From assembly GCA_964579435.1 (NCBI GenBank), contig CAZOGI010000010.1, positions 23,583 through 87,582 on the forward strand: a DNA stretch of 64,000 nucleotides, read 5' to 3'. The first letter of the stretch is position 1, and each line of letters begins with the position of its first letter. Positions 10,754 to 20,594 of this stretch are shown piece by piece. The stretch comes from an uncultured Planctomycetales bacterium (GTDB lineage: Bacteria; Omnitrophota; Gorgyraeia; Gygaellales; Profunditerraquicolaceae). The position numbers were made by a program, and so were the translations under genes. The notes beneath the pieces were generated by a model. The model did no database searches. It saw only the letters and a list, made by a program, of their open reading frames with translations, and had not been told where the DNA came from.

Positions 10754-11458
10754 GTGAACGCGCCGCCGCAGATCAGCGCTGTCGTCATGGCCTACAACGA
10801 GGCTGGGTCCCTGCGCAGCGTCGTCGAAGAGATCGGCAGGGAATTGCAGGGGCTCTCGCGTCCCTGCGAGATCATCATCGTAAACGACGGCTCGACCGAC
10901 GGGTCCGCGCAAGCGGCAGAGGAGCTCGCCCGGGCCAACCCGTCGGTAAGCGTGATACATCATCCGGCCAACCGCGGGTTAGGGGGGGTGTACGCGACCG
11001 GATTCGCCAAGGCGCGCGGCGACTACATCACCTTTTTCCCCGCGGACGGCCAATTCCCCGCCTCGATCATCAAACGCTTCTTGTGCCGCATGGACGATGC
11101 GGACCTGATCCTGGGATACATCCCCGAACGCAAAAGCCCCGTCCTGGGGATACTTCTGTCGGCATGCGAAAAACTGCTCTACCGCTGCCTTTTCGGCCCG
11201 GTCCCGCGGCTCCAGGGGATATTCATGGTGCGCCGCTCGATACTCCGGGAGCTGAACCTGCAGAGCGACCCCGCGCGGGGATGGGGGATCGTCATGGAGC
11301 TGATCATCAGGGCCCACCGCGCACGAATGCGGATCGCGCACGAATCAACCACCATGCGCCCCCGTTCCTGCGGCTCCTCGAAAGTGAACAACATACGGAC
11401 TGCAGCGGCTAATTTCAAACAGCTCCTGCGGCTCTTCTTCATCCTCAGACGCCGATGA
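10754..11458 (+). CDS. glycosyltransferase family 2, polyprenyl-phosphate glycosyltransferase-like (DPM1/ArnC/GtrB type)
   Basis: Track ORF 10442-11458 trimmed to GTG 10754 (TTG 10745 also possible). ISAVVMAYNEAGSL...IIIVNDGSTDGS...ANRGLGG. ATGA-coupled to the downstream GT-C-like gene. Confidence 0.75.
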   Translation: MNAPPQISAVVMAYNEAGSLRSVVEEIGRELQGLSRPCEIIIVNDGSTDGSAQAAEELARANPSVSVIHHPANRGLGGVYATGFAKARGDYITFFPADGQFPASIIKRFLCRMDDADLILGYIPERKSPVLGILLSACEKLLYRCLFGPVPRLQGIFMVRRSILRELNLQSDPARGWGIVMELIIRAHRARMRIAHESTTMRPRSCGSSKVNNIRTAAANFKQLLRLFFILRRR

Positions 11459-12975
11459 AACGCTCTAGCGGCATTATCCTGGCCGTACTGCTGGCGGCCA
11501 ACCTCGTTGCGCATTTCCTGCCCCTGGAACGCCAGGCCCTGGCGCCCGACGATTACGCGGCACTGGTCCGCGCCCGGGGAGTCTCCCTGAAACAGGCCCT
11601 GAGCAACACGCTGCGCTACCCCGACCGGCCGCTCAATTATCTGGTCCTGTATCTTCAGGCGCGCTTTACCGGCGACCATCCGCAAAGAGGGCTTGTCCTT
11701 GTATTTCTCTCCAGCACGCTTTTGCTGCTGTGCGTTTTCCTCCTCTTTGATGCGCTCACCGGCGAGCGGCGCCTGGCGCTGCTGGCAGGATTCTTTTACT
11801 GCCTGCTCCCTGTAAAGCTGGAGACCTACCATACGCCGATCTTTTTCAACACCAACCTCGCCAGCTGCCTTTTCGTGCTGAGTTTCTATTTCTTTGTGCG
11901 TTTCGCGAACGAAAACCGGCGTCTTTATCTGTCTCTGTCGCTGTTGCTCTACGGAACCGGCATCTTCTGGTACGAAATCGGATTTTTCCTCCCCATCATC
12001 GCCGCGTGCTACTACCTTTTCCAGCGCAAAGAAAAGATCGACTCCCGGGCGCTCCTGCCGTACCTGTCTCTCATGGGTATCTATGCGGCGTATCGCCTCT
12101 CGGGCGGGTTCGGTTGTGCGGACAGACCGGAGAGCACGCACCAGCTCCGGGCGGCGGCGTTTCCGCTCAATCTGCTGGAGCTGGCGCACCACCTGGGCGG
12201 CCGCTATCTCCTGCGCACCGCCGGCTACGGCCTTATGCAATTTTTCAAAGCGGATCTTGCCTGGCCGCTGGTATGGGCCGGGTGCAATGCGGCGTTACTC
12301 ACCCTGATCCAAAAGAGACACATGACACAGGACACAAGACACAAAAAAGAACCGGTCAACAACCTGTTTCTGACGTGTGTCTTCGCCTTTTTCGCGCTGC
12401 CCATCCTGCTCAACGGGGCAGGGGGGGTTGCCGGAAGACACCTGGTCCTGCCGTCGCTGGCCCTGGCACTGTGGCTTGCCCTCTGGTGCGACCGGCCTGC
12501 GCCCGCGGGCCGCCGGTTTTGGATCTGGATCAGCGCAGGGCTCCTGTGCATCAGCCAGGGGACTGCCTGGAGCCAGGTCGTCGCCTGCCGGATCAATGCG
12601 GGGATCTACCGCGCATTGAAAGCCAATGCCCCGCAGTTGCAGAAGGCCGAAACGGTCATCATCGATCTGGAGAGCTTCGCCCGCCACATCCCGTTCACCC
12701 TCGTGCAGCGCGATTTCAATGTGCTCAACACCTATTACGGCGTCCAGTGCCTGGAAGACTGGGGACTGGTCTCGATGGTGCGCCTTGCCGGCGGCTCCCG
12801 GCACCGGACGTATAGCGCGGTTTCTACGCCCGCTCCCGAAGGGGCCGATGAGCTGCGCTTCTCGATACTGCAGGACGCCGGCTACCGTACCAAGAAACGC
12901 CTGACGATAACCGTGCCGAAGAAAAACTCCTTCCTCCTCGACTATGCAGACGCACAACGATACTTTCCCCGCTAA
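11455..12975 (+). CDS. polytopic membrane protein, probable GT-C glycosyltransferase
   Basis: 506 aa. Many TM helices and a first-loop acidic motif APDDY. Carries an in-frame GACACNN heptamer repeat at 12316-12344. Confidence 0.5.
   Translation: MKRSSGIILAVLLAANLVAHFLPLERQALAPDDYAALVRARGVSLKQALSNTLRYPDRPLNYLVLYLQARFTGDHPQRGLVLVFLSSTLLLLCVFLLFDALTGERRLALLAGFFYCLLPVKLETYHTPIFFNTNLASCLFVLSFYFFVRFANENRRLYLSLSLLLYGTGIFWYEIGFFLPIIAACYYLFQRKEKIDSRALLPYLSLMGIYAAYRLSGGFGCADRPESTHQLRAAAFPLNLLELAHHLGGRYLLRTAGYGLMQFFKADLAWPLVWAGCNAALLTLIQKRHMTQDTRHKKEPVNNLFLTCVFAFFALPILLNGAGGVAGRHLVLPSLALALWLALWCDRPAPAGRRFWIWISAGLLCISQGTAWSQVVACRINAGIYRALKANAPQLQKAETVIIDLESFARHIPFTLVQRDFNVLNTYYGVQCLEDWGLVSMVRLAGGSRHRTYSAVSTPAPEGADELRFSILQDAGYRTKKRLTITVPKKNSFLLDYADAQRYFPR
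12316..12344. repeat. GACACNN heptanucleotide tandem repeat (4 units), copy inside a CDS
   Basis: AGACACATGACACAGGACACAAGACACAA matches 29274-29302 at 26 of 29 positions (23 of the 26-nt paired 12-mer core). Read in the same codon phase at both loci. Confidence 0.75.
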
Positions 12976-12991
12976 AAGCGGGAGATCGCCG

Positions 12992-14281
12992 ATGCGCATG
13001 CTGCTGGCAGCCGCCTTTGTGGGCGCCTGCGCGCTCTCTCCCGCATTCGGGCTCTGCAGCGCGCTCACCGTTGCATTTTTCCTCTTTGCGCGCTCCAGAA
13101 CCCCGAAAGAGTACCGGCTGCCCCTGACCGTTATCCTGGCAGGATCGCTTGCCGTCAGGCTGTTCCTGTTGGCCCTGCTGCAGCTGTTTTTACTCTCCCA
13201 GCAGCGGCTGGACCTCTTCGGCGACGCTGCCGACAATATCACGCACGGCATCCTGATCGCCCGGGCCCTGCCTGATCTAAACAGCCCCCTGGTCTACCAC
13301 ATCTCGCATCTCTGGTCGAATATCGCCTATAATATCCACATCAAAACCTTCTTCAACGGATTCTTCTTCCTCTTGGCCGGCCCGGATCTGCTGAGCCTCA
13401 AATACACCAACGCCCTGGCGATCGCCGCGGCCGCGTTTCTGCTCTTCCGGGTAGGCTGCGCGCTGCGCGGCCCCCGGACCGGGCTGTTCGCAGCAGCCCT
13501 GCTTTGCTTCTGGCCGACCCTGTTGATCTGGTCGCTCTCGGATCTTAAAGAGGCGCAGACGATCCTGACTATTTGCCTGCTCTTATTCTGCGGGGTGCGC
13601 ATCATCCTCAACCCTGGCGATGCGCGGATACTCGGTGCGCTCGTTCTCGCCGGAGGATACCTGGTGCTGCTGCGGACGAAACTGTTGCCGATCGTGATCG
13701 CCTATACGACGGCGGTCACGGTAACCGCTTTTTTCAAAACCATCCCTTCCGGCAAGCGCCCCTTCGCGGTTCTGATCCTGGCGCTGCTTTCGGGTGCGCT
13801 GCTCCTCTGGCAGCAAAAATACTTCTGGATCGGGTACGATCTGGTCCTCGGCGCCCAGATCGGCTTTCTCACCAGCGGCGGATGGAATTACGATTTCCTC
13901 CGTTATCTCAACGTACTCCCGCCACATTCACCCGGCTTCATGCTGCTTTTCTCTCTCTTTGCCTGGTTCCATTTCCTGAGCGAACCCTTGCCCTGGCACG
14001 GTTTTTCGCTGGGGCTGCGCACGCTCATTCCCTTTACCCTGCTCTGGTATGCGCTCTTGGCGATGGCCGTGCGCGGACTCTTTATGGTTTGGCAGCACCC
14101 GAACAAACGGTCCCGGATCGTACCTCTTTGCCTGTGGTTCTTGATCTACGGGACGATGGTCGGTATGTCCATCGCCAATATCGGCACCGCCGTGCGTTTT
14201 CGCGACGCGCTGCTGCCGGCCGTCGTCCTCCTGGCCGGCTGCGGGCTGCGCTCACACGATGACTCGACCGCCTGCCCATAA
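12992..14281 (+). CDS. polytopic membrane protein (glycan polymerase or GT-C-like; function unknown)
   Basis: Track ORF 12944-14281 trimmed to ATG 12992, which is preceded by a GGGAG SD. About 11 hydrophobic helices. No diagnostic motif recognised. Confidence 0.45.
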   Translation: MRMLLAAAFVGACALSPAFGLCSALTVAFFLFARSRTPKEYRLPLTVILAGSLAVRLFLLALLQLFLLSQQRLDLFGDAADNITHGILIARALPDLNSPLVYHISHLWSNIAYNIHIKTFFNGFFFLLAGPDLLSLKYTNALAIAAAAFLLFRVGCALRGPRTGLFAAALLCFWPTLLIWSLSDLKEAQTILTICLLLFCGVRIILNPGDARILGALVLAGGYLVLLRTKLLPIVIAYTTAVTVTAFFKTIPSGKRPFAVLILALLSGALLLWQQKYFWIGYDLVLGAQIGFLTSGGWNYDFLRYLNVLPPHSPGFMLLFSLFAWFHFLSEPLPWHGFSLGLRTLIPFTLLWYALLAMAVRGLFMVWQHPNKRSRIVPLCLWFLIYGTMVGMSIANIGTAVRFRDALLPAVVLLAGCGLRSHDDSTACP

Positions 14282-15416
14282 CCGTTTTTTCGATCCGCAA
14301 CGCTGCCGGCTCTTTGCCCTCGGCCGTAACGGCATGTATGCGGCAGGGCTCCTTGCCGGTATCGGTAAAGGGGATCAGGTGCTAACCCCTGCCTTTGACT
14401 GTGACGCAGCGCTACAGCCTTTCCGCGCGCTCGGGGCCGACTGCGTCTTTTACCGCAGCGATCCGCTGACCCTGGAGGCAGACCGGCAGGACCTCCAACG
14501 GCGGATCGGCCCGCGCACCAAGCTCATCCACATCATCCAGCATTTCGGCATGCCGCAACCGTGGGATGAGATCGCAAAGATCCGGGAGAGAACCGGCATC
14601 CCGATCCTGGAAGACAATGCCTACTCGCTTTTTTCCTCGTACCGCAACCGCCCCTTCGGCACGTTCGGCGACATGGCGGTCTTCTCCCTGCGCAAGAATT
14701 TTCCGTTGACCGACGGGGGGATGCTGCGCCTCAATGCCCCGGGATACAGCCTGCAACGCTTTCCCGACCGGAAACCGCCATTGCTGTACCGCGAACAGAC
14801 AGGCCCGCTCCTGAGCCTGACCAAACGCCGCCTTGTTTCGATGCCATATTTGGGGACCGCACTGCGCGGCCTCCGGCACCGCCTGGGGCAGGCCCCTTTG
14901 GTTGCGCCGCCGCTCTATTGCGAAAACGCCGGGATCCCCGTAGTGGCGCAGCGCGACAAAACCGGCACAGAATTCTCCTGCGACTATCTGCGGCCGATGT
15001 CGGGGTATGCGCGAAAGCGATTTTTCTCCTATACGGACGGACTGATCCGGGAGATAGGGGAGAAGAAACGCTTTTTCTACGCGCAGGCGACGCTGCGGCT
15101 TAAACAGGCGCCGGGAATCTCGGTACTCTGGCCACAGCTGCCCGAAGGCATCGTTCCCTTCGGCGTGCTGTTACTGGTACCGCGCGGCCGCGACCGGCTC
15201 TATGAGCGCCTCTGCAGGCAACACGAAGTATTGACCTGGCCGACCCTGCCGGGCGCGGTCCTGGAACGCCTTGCGGAATTTCCCGAAGTCCTCACCCTGG
15301 GAAGGCAACTGCTGATACTCAACCTTCCCGCCGACAGGATCCTGCGCAAAGACTTTGCCTCATCCTGGGAGCAGCTCCTTGAACGGACCGCCTCACTGAG
15401 CGCAGAATATTCATGA
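14259..15416 (+). CDS. DegT/DnrJ/EryC1-type PLP-dependent sugar aminotransferase-like protein
   Basis: 385 aa. GDQVLTPAFDCDA, ILEDNAYS, and FSLRKNFPLTDGGML with Lys at the expected PLP position. Confidence 0.65.
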   Translation: MTRPPAHNRFFDPQRCRLFALGRNGMYAAGLLAGIGKGDQVLTPAFDCDAALQPFRALGADCVFYRSDPLTLEADRQDLQRRIGPRTKLIHIIQHFGMPQPWDEIAKIRERTGIPILEDNAYSLFSSYRNRPFGTFGDMAVFSLRKNFPLTDGGMLRLNAPGYSLQRFPDRKPPLLYREQTGPLLSLTKRRLVSMPYLGTALRGLRHRLGQAPLVAPPLYCENAGIPVVAQRDKTGTEFSCDYLRPMSGYARKRFFSYTDGLIREIGEKKRFFYAQATLRLKQAPGISVLWPQLPEGIVPFGVLLLVPRGRDRLYERLCRQHEVLTWPTLPGAVLERLAEFPEVLTLGRQLLILNLPADRILRKDFASSWEQLLERTASLSAEYS

Positions 15417-16528
15417 GACACTCCTGGATCACGAGCCTGGAAGACTTTCTGCCCCTCGCCGCCGAATGGGACGCGGCCGCACAAAAGGCCAACAACGATA
15501 ACCCGTTTCTTCTTTCCAGTTTCATCACCGCCTGGTGGCAGTATTTCAAAAAGGGAAAGGCGTTGCGGATACTGGCCCTCTTCGACCACGGCCGGCTGTG
15601 CGCGGGACTGCCGCTCTTTAAAGAACGCCTCGGCACCCGGGCCGCAGGCATATCCGTCCTGCGTTACCCGGGCGGTTCAGCGGCGAATTACACCGAACCG
15701 TTCACGCTACTTGACGGAGCGCATTTTTGGGAGGCCTTCGAGGAAGCGCTGGGCGCACGCCGGGACTGGGACGCGCTTGCGCTCACCGACGTGCGCGCCT
15801 CATCGGTCCTCGTCGCTTCACAACCGTCTCTCTCTTTTGCGCGGACCGCGCAGCTGATTGCGCTGCACGACCATGACAATTACGTCCTGGACCTGGGCGC
15901 TGCCGCAGGTCCCGGCGCGCAACTCTCCAAAAAGCTCCTCAAAGATCTGCGCGCCAAACGCAAACACGCCGAAACGCGGCTGGGCCCGATCAGCTTGCGC
16001 GAAAAGACCGCTGAAGGGCACGTCCGGGAGCTCTTCGATACCTATCGCGCCTTTTCGCGCGCCGCCTTTTCGCAGCGCAGCCGCAGGAGCGCCTTCGAAG
16101 ACGGCGCCTACGCCGATTTTTTCCGGACCTTCCTGTCGGATATGCAGCGCCAGGGCCGCCTGGAGGCGCACGGGCTCTACGCGGGAGAGACCATCCTGGC
16201 GATCAGCTTCGCCTACCGCTTCGGCCCGGGATTCAACTGGGTACTCACCGGTTTTGACTACCGCTACCGGTATTTCCGGCCCGGCTACCTTCTCATCGAG
16301 GAGATCATTAAAATGCTCCTGAAGAGGGGAGAGACGCGCTATAATTGGTACGGGTACGGACGTTTTTACAAGGACCAGTGGTGCAACCGTACCGAGCCGC
16401 TCCTGCGCTTCTGGGCGATACGCAACAGCTTTCGCGGCGCGGCGTTCTGGACCGGGGAACGGATCAAACAGCGCGCCAGGCAGAACCCCTTGCTGGCAGG
16501 GATCAAACGAAAGCTCCAGCCCCGCTAA
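15413..16528 (+). CDS. GNAT/FemAB-like acyltransferase (CelD/BcsL-type)
   Basis: 371 aa with ATGA start. The C-terminal FNWVLTGFDYRYRYFRPGYLLIEEIIK region is typical of the Acetyltransf_6-like family. Confidence 0.55.
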   Translation: MRHSWITSLEDFLPLAAEWDAAAQKANNDNPFLLSSFITAWWQYFKKGKALRILALFDHGRLCAGLPLFKERLGTRAAGISVLRYPGGSAANYTEPFTLLDGAHFWEAFEEALGARRDWDALALTDVRASSVLVASQPSLSFARTAQLIALHDHDNYVLDLGAAAGPGAQLSKKLLKDLRAKRKHAETRLGPISLREKTAEGHVRELFDTYRAFSRAAFSQRSRRSAFEDGAYADFFRTFLSDMQRQGRLEAHGLYAGETILAISFAYRFGPGFNWVLTGFDYRYRYFRPGYLLIEEIIKMLLKRGETRYNWYGYGRFYKDQWCNRTEPLLRFWAIRNSFRGAAFWTGERIKQRARQNPLLAGIKRKLQPR

Positions 16529-16532
16529 CACC

Positions 16533-17495
16533 ATGAAGATCGCCTCTGGCCTTCTGAACTCATACCGCAGCGTCAAAAAAAGCGCCCGCCATTTTCATAA
16601 TACCCGGCTGGACCGCTCGCCCAAGATGCTGGTGATTACCTATCACCGGGTAGTGCCTGCGGCCTGCTTCGATCCGCTGGGCGTCACCGTGAACCTGGAG
16701 ACGTTCAGGAAACAGATCCTCGGGATCGGCAGGAGATATCCGATCATTCCCCTGGCGACTGCCGCGGATTGGAGCAAAAACGGATTCCCCCGCCTGCCGC
16801 GCACGCACGCGGTCATCACGTTCGACGACGGCTATGCCGACAATTTCGCGTACGCCGCGGAATTCCTGAATGCACAGGGCATCCCGGCGGCATTCTTTGT
16901 GGTGACCGACTGGGCCGGTTCAAACCGGCTGCCCTGGGAGCATGTGCTGATGAGCGAACTCCTTCGGAAGAACACGGCGCTACGCGAACTGACGATCGGC
17001 ACTCGAACGATTTCCCAACGCACCGCCGAGTCGCGGCGGGCGTTCGCCCTGCGCGTCTTTGCGGCGGTCAAAACCGCTGCGCCCCAGGCGCGCCGCGGGC
17101 TTCAGGAGCGCCTCAACGACGGCGAAAAAACAGGAGAGCGCCTTTTTATGACCTGGGAGGAGCTGCACAGCCTCACCCGTTTTGGCCATGAGATCGGCTC
17201 CCACACCCAAACGCACCAATCGCTGCCGACCCTGCCGTTGGAAGAAGCGCTCCGGGAGATCCGTCAGAGTAAGGTTACCGTCGAGCGTCATACCAAAAGG
17301 CCCTGCCGTCATTTCGCCTTTCCCTTCGGCAGCCCCGACGACTACACCGATGAGCTTATCGAAGCGGTGCGCGCCGCCGGATATGATACCTGCCTCCTGA
17401 ATACCCAGGGCCCGACCCGGTTCGGACCGGAAACGTTCTGTTACCGCAGGATCGCCATGAGTGAGACAACCCGTATCTCCTCGCTGGCGGGATGA
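16533..17495 (+). CDS. polysaccharide deacetylase (NodB homology domain)
   Basis: 320 aa. HAVITFDDGYADNF (TFDDG motif) and a downstream His-rich HTQTH. Confidence 0.8.
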   Translation: MKIASGLLNSYRSVKKSARHFHNTRLDRSPKMLVITYHRVVPAACFDPLGVTVNLETFRKQILGIGRRYPIIPLATAADWSKNGFPRLPRTHAVITFDDGYADNFAYAAEFLNAQGIPAAFFVVTDWAGSNRLPWEHVLMSELLRKNTALRELTIGTRTISQRTAESRRAFALRVFAAVKTAAPQARRGLQERLNDGEKTGERLFMTWEELHSLTRFGHEIGSHTQTHQSLPTLPLEEALREIRQSKVTVERHTKRPCRHFAFPFGSPDDYTDELIEAVRAAGYDTCLLNTQGPTRFGPETFCYRRIAMSETTRISSLAG

Positions 17496-18448
17496 CCATG
17501 ATCTCCGTCGTCATCCCGACGCACAACCGGGCGGCATTCCTGCCCGAAGCGATCGAAAGCGCGCTGGCGCAGACGCACCCCGAGCGCGAGGTCATCGTTG
17601 TCGACGACGCCTCCACCGACGGGACCGGGGCGATCCTCACGCGCTTCGGCACGCGCATCCGCGCGCTCTTTCAGCAAAACAGCGAACGCGCCGCCGCGCG
17701 CAATAACGGCATCCGCCACGCACGCGGCGAGATCATCGCGCTGCTTGATTCCGACGACGCCTGGCTGCCCGAACACCTGGAATCCTGCTGGAAGTTGCTG
17801 CGGGATAACCCGCGCCTGGGCGTCGCTTTTGCGGGGTCCTACCTGATCGACGGGCAGGGACGCACCCTGGGGCGGATGCCGATACGCCGCCAGGAAGGGG
17901 CGCTTTTCGAAAAGATCGTCTCGAGCTTCTCCTCGGGCGGCTGCAACGCCTCATCCTGCCTGATCCGCCGGGATATCCTGCTCAAAGCGGGGCTCTTCAA
18001 CGAAAACCGGGCCCTCTGCGGCTCAGAGGACTGGGAGCTCTGGGCGCGCCTTGCGGCGCTAACACAGATCGCCCCGACCGACCGCTACACCGTCAAGGTC
18101 CGCACCCACGCACAGCAGACCTCCGCCAACGCCGAGCGCATGAGCGCGTCGATGCAGCTTGCCCTGCGCACGGTACTTGACAACCCGGCGCTGGCCGCAC
18201 GCACCGCCGGATTGCGCCGGCAGGCCGAATGCAGCATGCATACGGTCATCGCGACCGGCTATTACGGCTGCAAGGATATGCGCCGCGCCCGTGCGCACCT
18301 GGGTAAGGCGCTGCGCGCGTATCCAGCGGGGCTCTTCACCAACCGCCTCATTATCTTTACGCTGCTGCGTTCGCTCCTCGGAGGAGAACTCAGCAGTGCG
18401 CTGCGAAAGCTCAAATGGAAACTCCAGCACCAAACACTCAGCCGATAA
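17492..18448 (+). CDS. glycosyltransferase family 2
   Basis: 318 aa with ATGA start. ISVVIPTHNRAAFL...VIVVDDASTDGT and LLDSDD (DxD). Confidence 0.85.
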   Translation: MTMISVVIPTHNRAAFLPEAIESALAQTHPEREVIVVDDASTDGTGAILTRFGTRIRALFQQNSERAAARNNGIRHARGEIIALLDSDDAWLPEHLESCWKLLRDNPRLGVAFAGSYLIDGQGRTLGRMPIRRQEGALFEKIVSSFSSGGCNASSCLIRRDILLKAGLFNENRALCGSEDWELWARLAALTQIAPTDRYTVKVRTHAQQTSANAERMSASMQLALRTVLDNPALAARTAGLRRQAECSMHTVIATGYYGCKDMRRARAHLGKALRAYPAGLFTNRLIIFTLLRSLLGGELSSALRKLKWKLQHQTLSR

Positions 18449-19698
18449 ACACCCTCTTCATCAGCTATAACGGGGCGCTGCAGCCGCTCCTGCAATCGCA
18501 GGGCATCCCGTATCTGGAAGGCCTCACCCGCCACGGGTTTCGTCCGGTACTCCTCACCTTCGAGCGTCCGGATGACCTAAAGAAAGAGGGAGGCGAAGAC
18601 ACGGAAGAGACGCTGCGCAGGCGTCTCCGGGGAAGCGGCCTCATCTGGCGCCGCCTTATCTACCACAAACGGCCGACGGTTCCGGCGACTTTTTTCGACA
18701 TCGCCCTGGGGACGTGCGCCTCTATCGGCCTGGTCCTGAAATACCGGATCCGCCTCATCCACTGCCGCGCAACCATCCCGGCGCTCATCGGGTTCCTGGT
18801 CAGCCGCCTGACCCGGACACCCCTGATCTTCGACCTGCGGGGGCTGATGGCAGAGGAGTACGCTGACGGTGGGATGTGGAAGAAAAACGGGTTCCTCTAC
18901 CGCCTGACCCGCTGGATCGAAAAAAGGCTCCTCGTCAAATCAGACGCGCGCATCGTGCTGAGCGAGAATATCGCAACGTTCCTGAAGGAGAGCGATTACC
19001 TTCCGGCCCCGGCGGGCGATCCGGGAAAGGAGAGCACGGTCATTCCCTGCTGCGTCGACTCCCGCCGCTTCAGTCTAAACGCCGCCCCGGCATTGCCCGA
19101 ACCTGCCCGCACTGCCTCTGCCGGGCGTTTCGTGCTTCTCTACAGCGGGTCACTGGGCACCTGGTATCTCCTGGATCAGATGCTTGACTTTTTCCAAGAG
19201 CTGCGGCTGCGCGTTCCCGCAGCGCACTTCGTACTGGCAACCCATACCGGCACGGACGCTGTGCTCCGGCGCAGAGACGAACGCCGGATTCCCCAAAACT
19301 CCCTTTCGGTCATCGAAGCCGCGTTTGCGCAGATGCCCGGGGTAATCTCGGCAGCCGACGCCGGCATCTTTTTCATAAAGCCGGTTTTTTCGAAACGCTC
19401 TTCCTGCCCGATAAAATTCGCCGAATACCTGGCCTGCGGCAAACCCGTGGTGCTCAATGCCGGGATCGGGGACACCGACGCGATTGTCGAGAAGAGGAAG
19501 GTAGGAGTGGTAATAAAATCCTTCCATAGACGCGATCTTTCGGATAAGATAAGTGAATTGCTCGCCCTTCTGGCCCAGCCGCGCAGCATCCTGGCGCAGC
19601 GCTGTGCCGAGACCGCGGAGGAACTCTTCGGCCTCGCCGAAGGGATAGAGCGTTACGCGGCGGTGTATCGACGCGTTTTGGCGCGCAGCACCCCGTGA
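18415..19698 (+). CDS. glycosyltransferase family 4 (GT-B fold)
   Basis: 427 aa. C-terminal FAEYLACGKPVVLNAGIGD donor-binding motif. Confidence 0.7.
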   Translation: METPAPNTQPINTLFISYNGALQPLLQSQGIPYLEGLTRHGFRPVLLTFERPDDLKKEGGEDTEETLRRRLRGSGLIWRRLIYHKRPTVPATFFDIALGTCASIGLVLKYRIRLIHCRATIPALIGFLVSRLTRTPLIFDLRGLMAEEYADGGMWKKNGFLYRLTRWIEKRLLVKSDARIVLSENIATFLKESDYLPAPAGDPGKESTVIPCCVDSRRFSLNAAPALPEPARTASAGRFVLLYSGSLGTWYLLDQMLDFFQELRLRVPAAHFVLATHTGTDAVLRRRDERRIPQNSLSVIEAAFAQMPGVISAADAGIFFIKPVFSKRSSCPIKFAEYLACGKPVVLNAGIGDTDAIVEKRKVGVVIKSFHRRDLSDKISELLALLAQPRSILAQRCAETAEELFGLAEGIERYAAVYRRVLARSTP

Positions 19699-19709
19699 GA
19701 GAGGAATCC

Positions 19710-20594
19710 ATGCCCCCCAAAGCTTTCGTTACCGGCGCCAACGGCATGCTCGCCGACGCGCTCTGCCCGCTCCTGGCCAAAAGCGGCATGACCGTTATCG
19801 GTTCGGACATAGTCCCTGCTGAAGGGCTCCTGAAGCTCAATGTCGCCGAACGCAGCGCCGTCCAAGAAGCGATCCGGGAATGCCGGCCCGCCTTTGTCTT
19901 TCATCTTGCCGCAGAGACCAACGTCGACAAATGCGAGAGCGAAAAGGAACACGCCTTCGCCATTAACTGGCGGGGAACCGAATACGTGGCGCAGGCGGCG
20001 GCCGCGGCCGGCGCGACGCTGGTCTATATCAGCACCGGTGCGGTCTTTGACGGCCGCAAGAAAGGCGGCTACACCGAAGAGGATACCCCGGCGCCTTTGA
20101 GCGTTTACGGCACCAGCAAGCTCAAAGGAGAAGAGGCGGTCCGCTCCATCACCCCGCGCCATTGTATCGTACGCGCCGGATGGATGATCGGCGGCCTCAA
20201 TAAGGACAAAAAATTCGTCTGGAAGATCCTTCAGCAGCTCAAGGAGAACAAACCCCTCAAGGCGGTGGTCGACAAATTCGGCAGCCCGACCTTCACCGCC
20301 GATTTTTCCCGCGGGATCCTTTCGATCGTCGAGAAGGGCGCCTACGGCACCTACCATTGCGCCAACGAAGGGATCTGCACCCGCTACGATATCGCGCGAA
20401 AGATCGTCGAATTCCTGGGCCGCCGGGACATTGTTGTCGAAGCGGTCACCTCGGAGGCATTTCCGCTCCCGGCACCGCGCGGAGAATCAGAAGCGCTCCT
20501 CAACGCACAGATGCGCCGGCTGGGGCTTCCTGCGCAGCGGCACTGGGAAGAAGCCTTGCGGGAATACCTGAAAACCGCGACCGCCCCGGTATGA
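19710..20594 (+). CDS. RmlD-like NAD(P)-dependent sugar reductase
   Basis: Track ORF 19695 trimmed to ATG 19710, behind a GAGAGAGGA SD. AFVTGANGMLADAL and VYGTSK (YxxxK). Confidence 0.8.
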   Translation: MPPKAFVTGANGMLADALCPLLAKSGMTVIGSDIVPAEGLLKLNVAERSAVQEAIRECRPAFVFHLAAETNVDKCESEKEHAFAINWRGTEYVAQAAAAAGATLVYISTGAVFDGRKKGGYTEEDTPAPLSVYGTSKLKGEEAVRSITPRHCIVRAGWMIGGLNKDKKFVWKILQQLKENKPLKAVVDKFGSPTFTADFSRGILSIVEKGAYGTYHCANEGICTRYDIARKIVEFLGRRDIVVEAVTSEAFPLPAPRGESEALLNAQMRRLGLPAQRHWEEALREYLKTATAPV

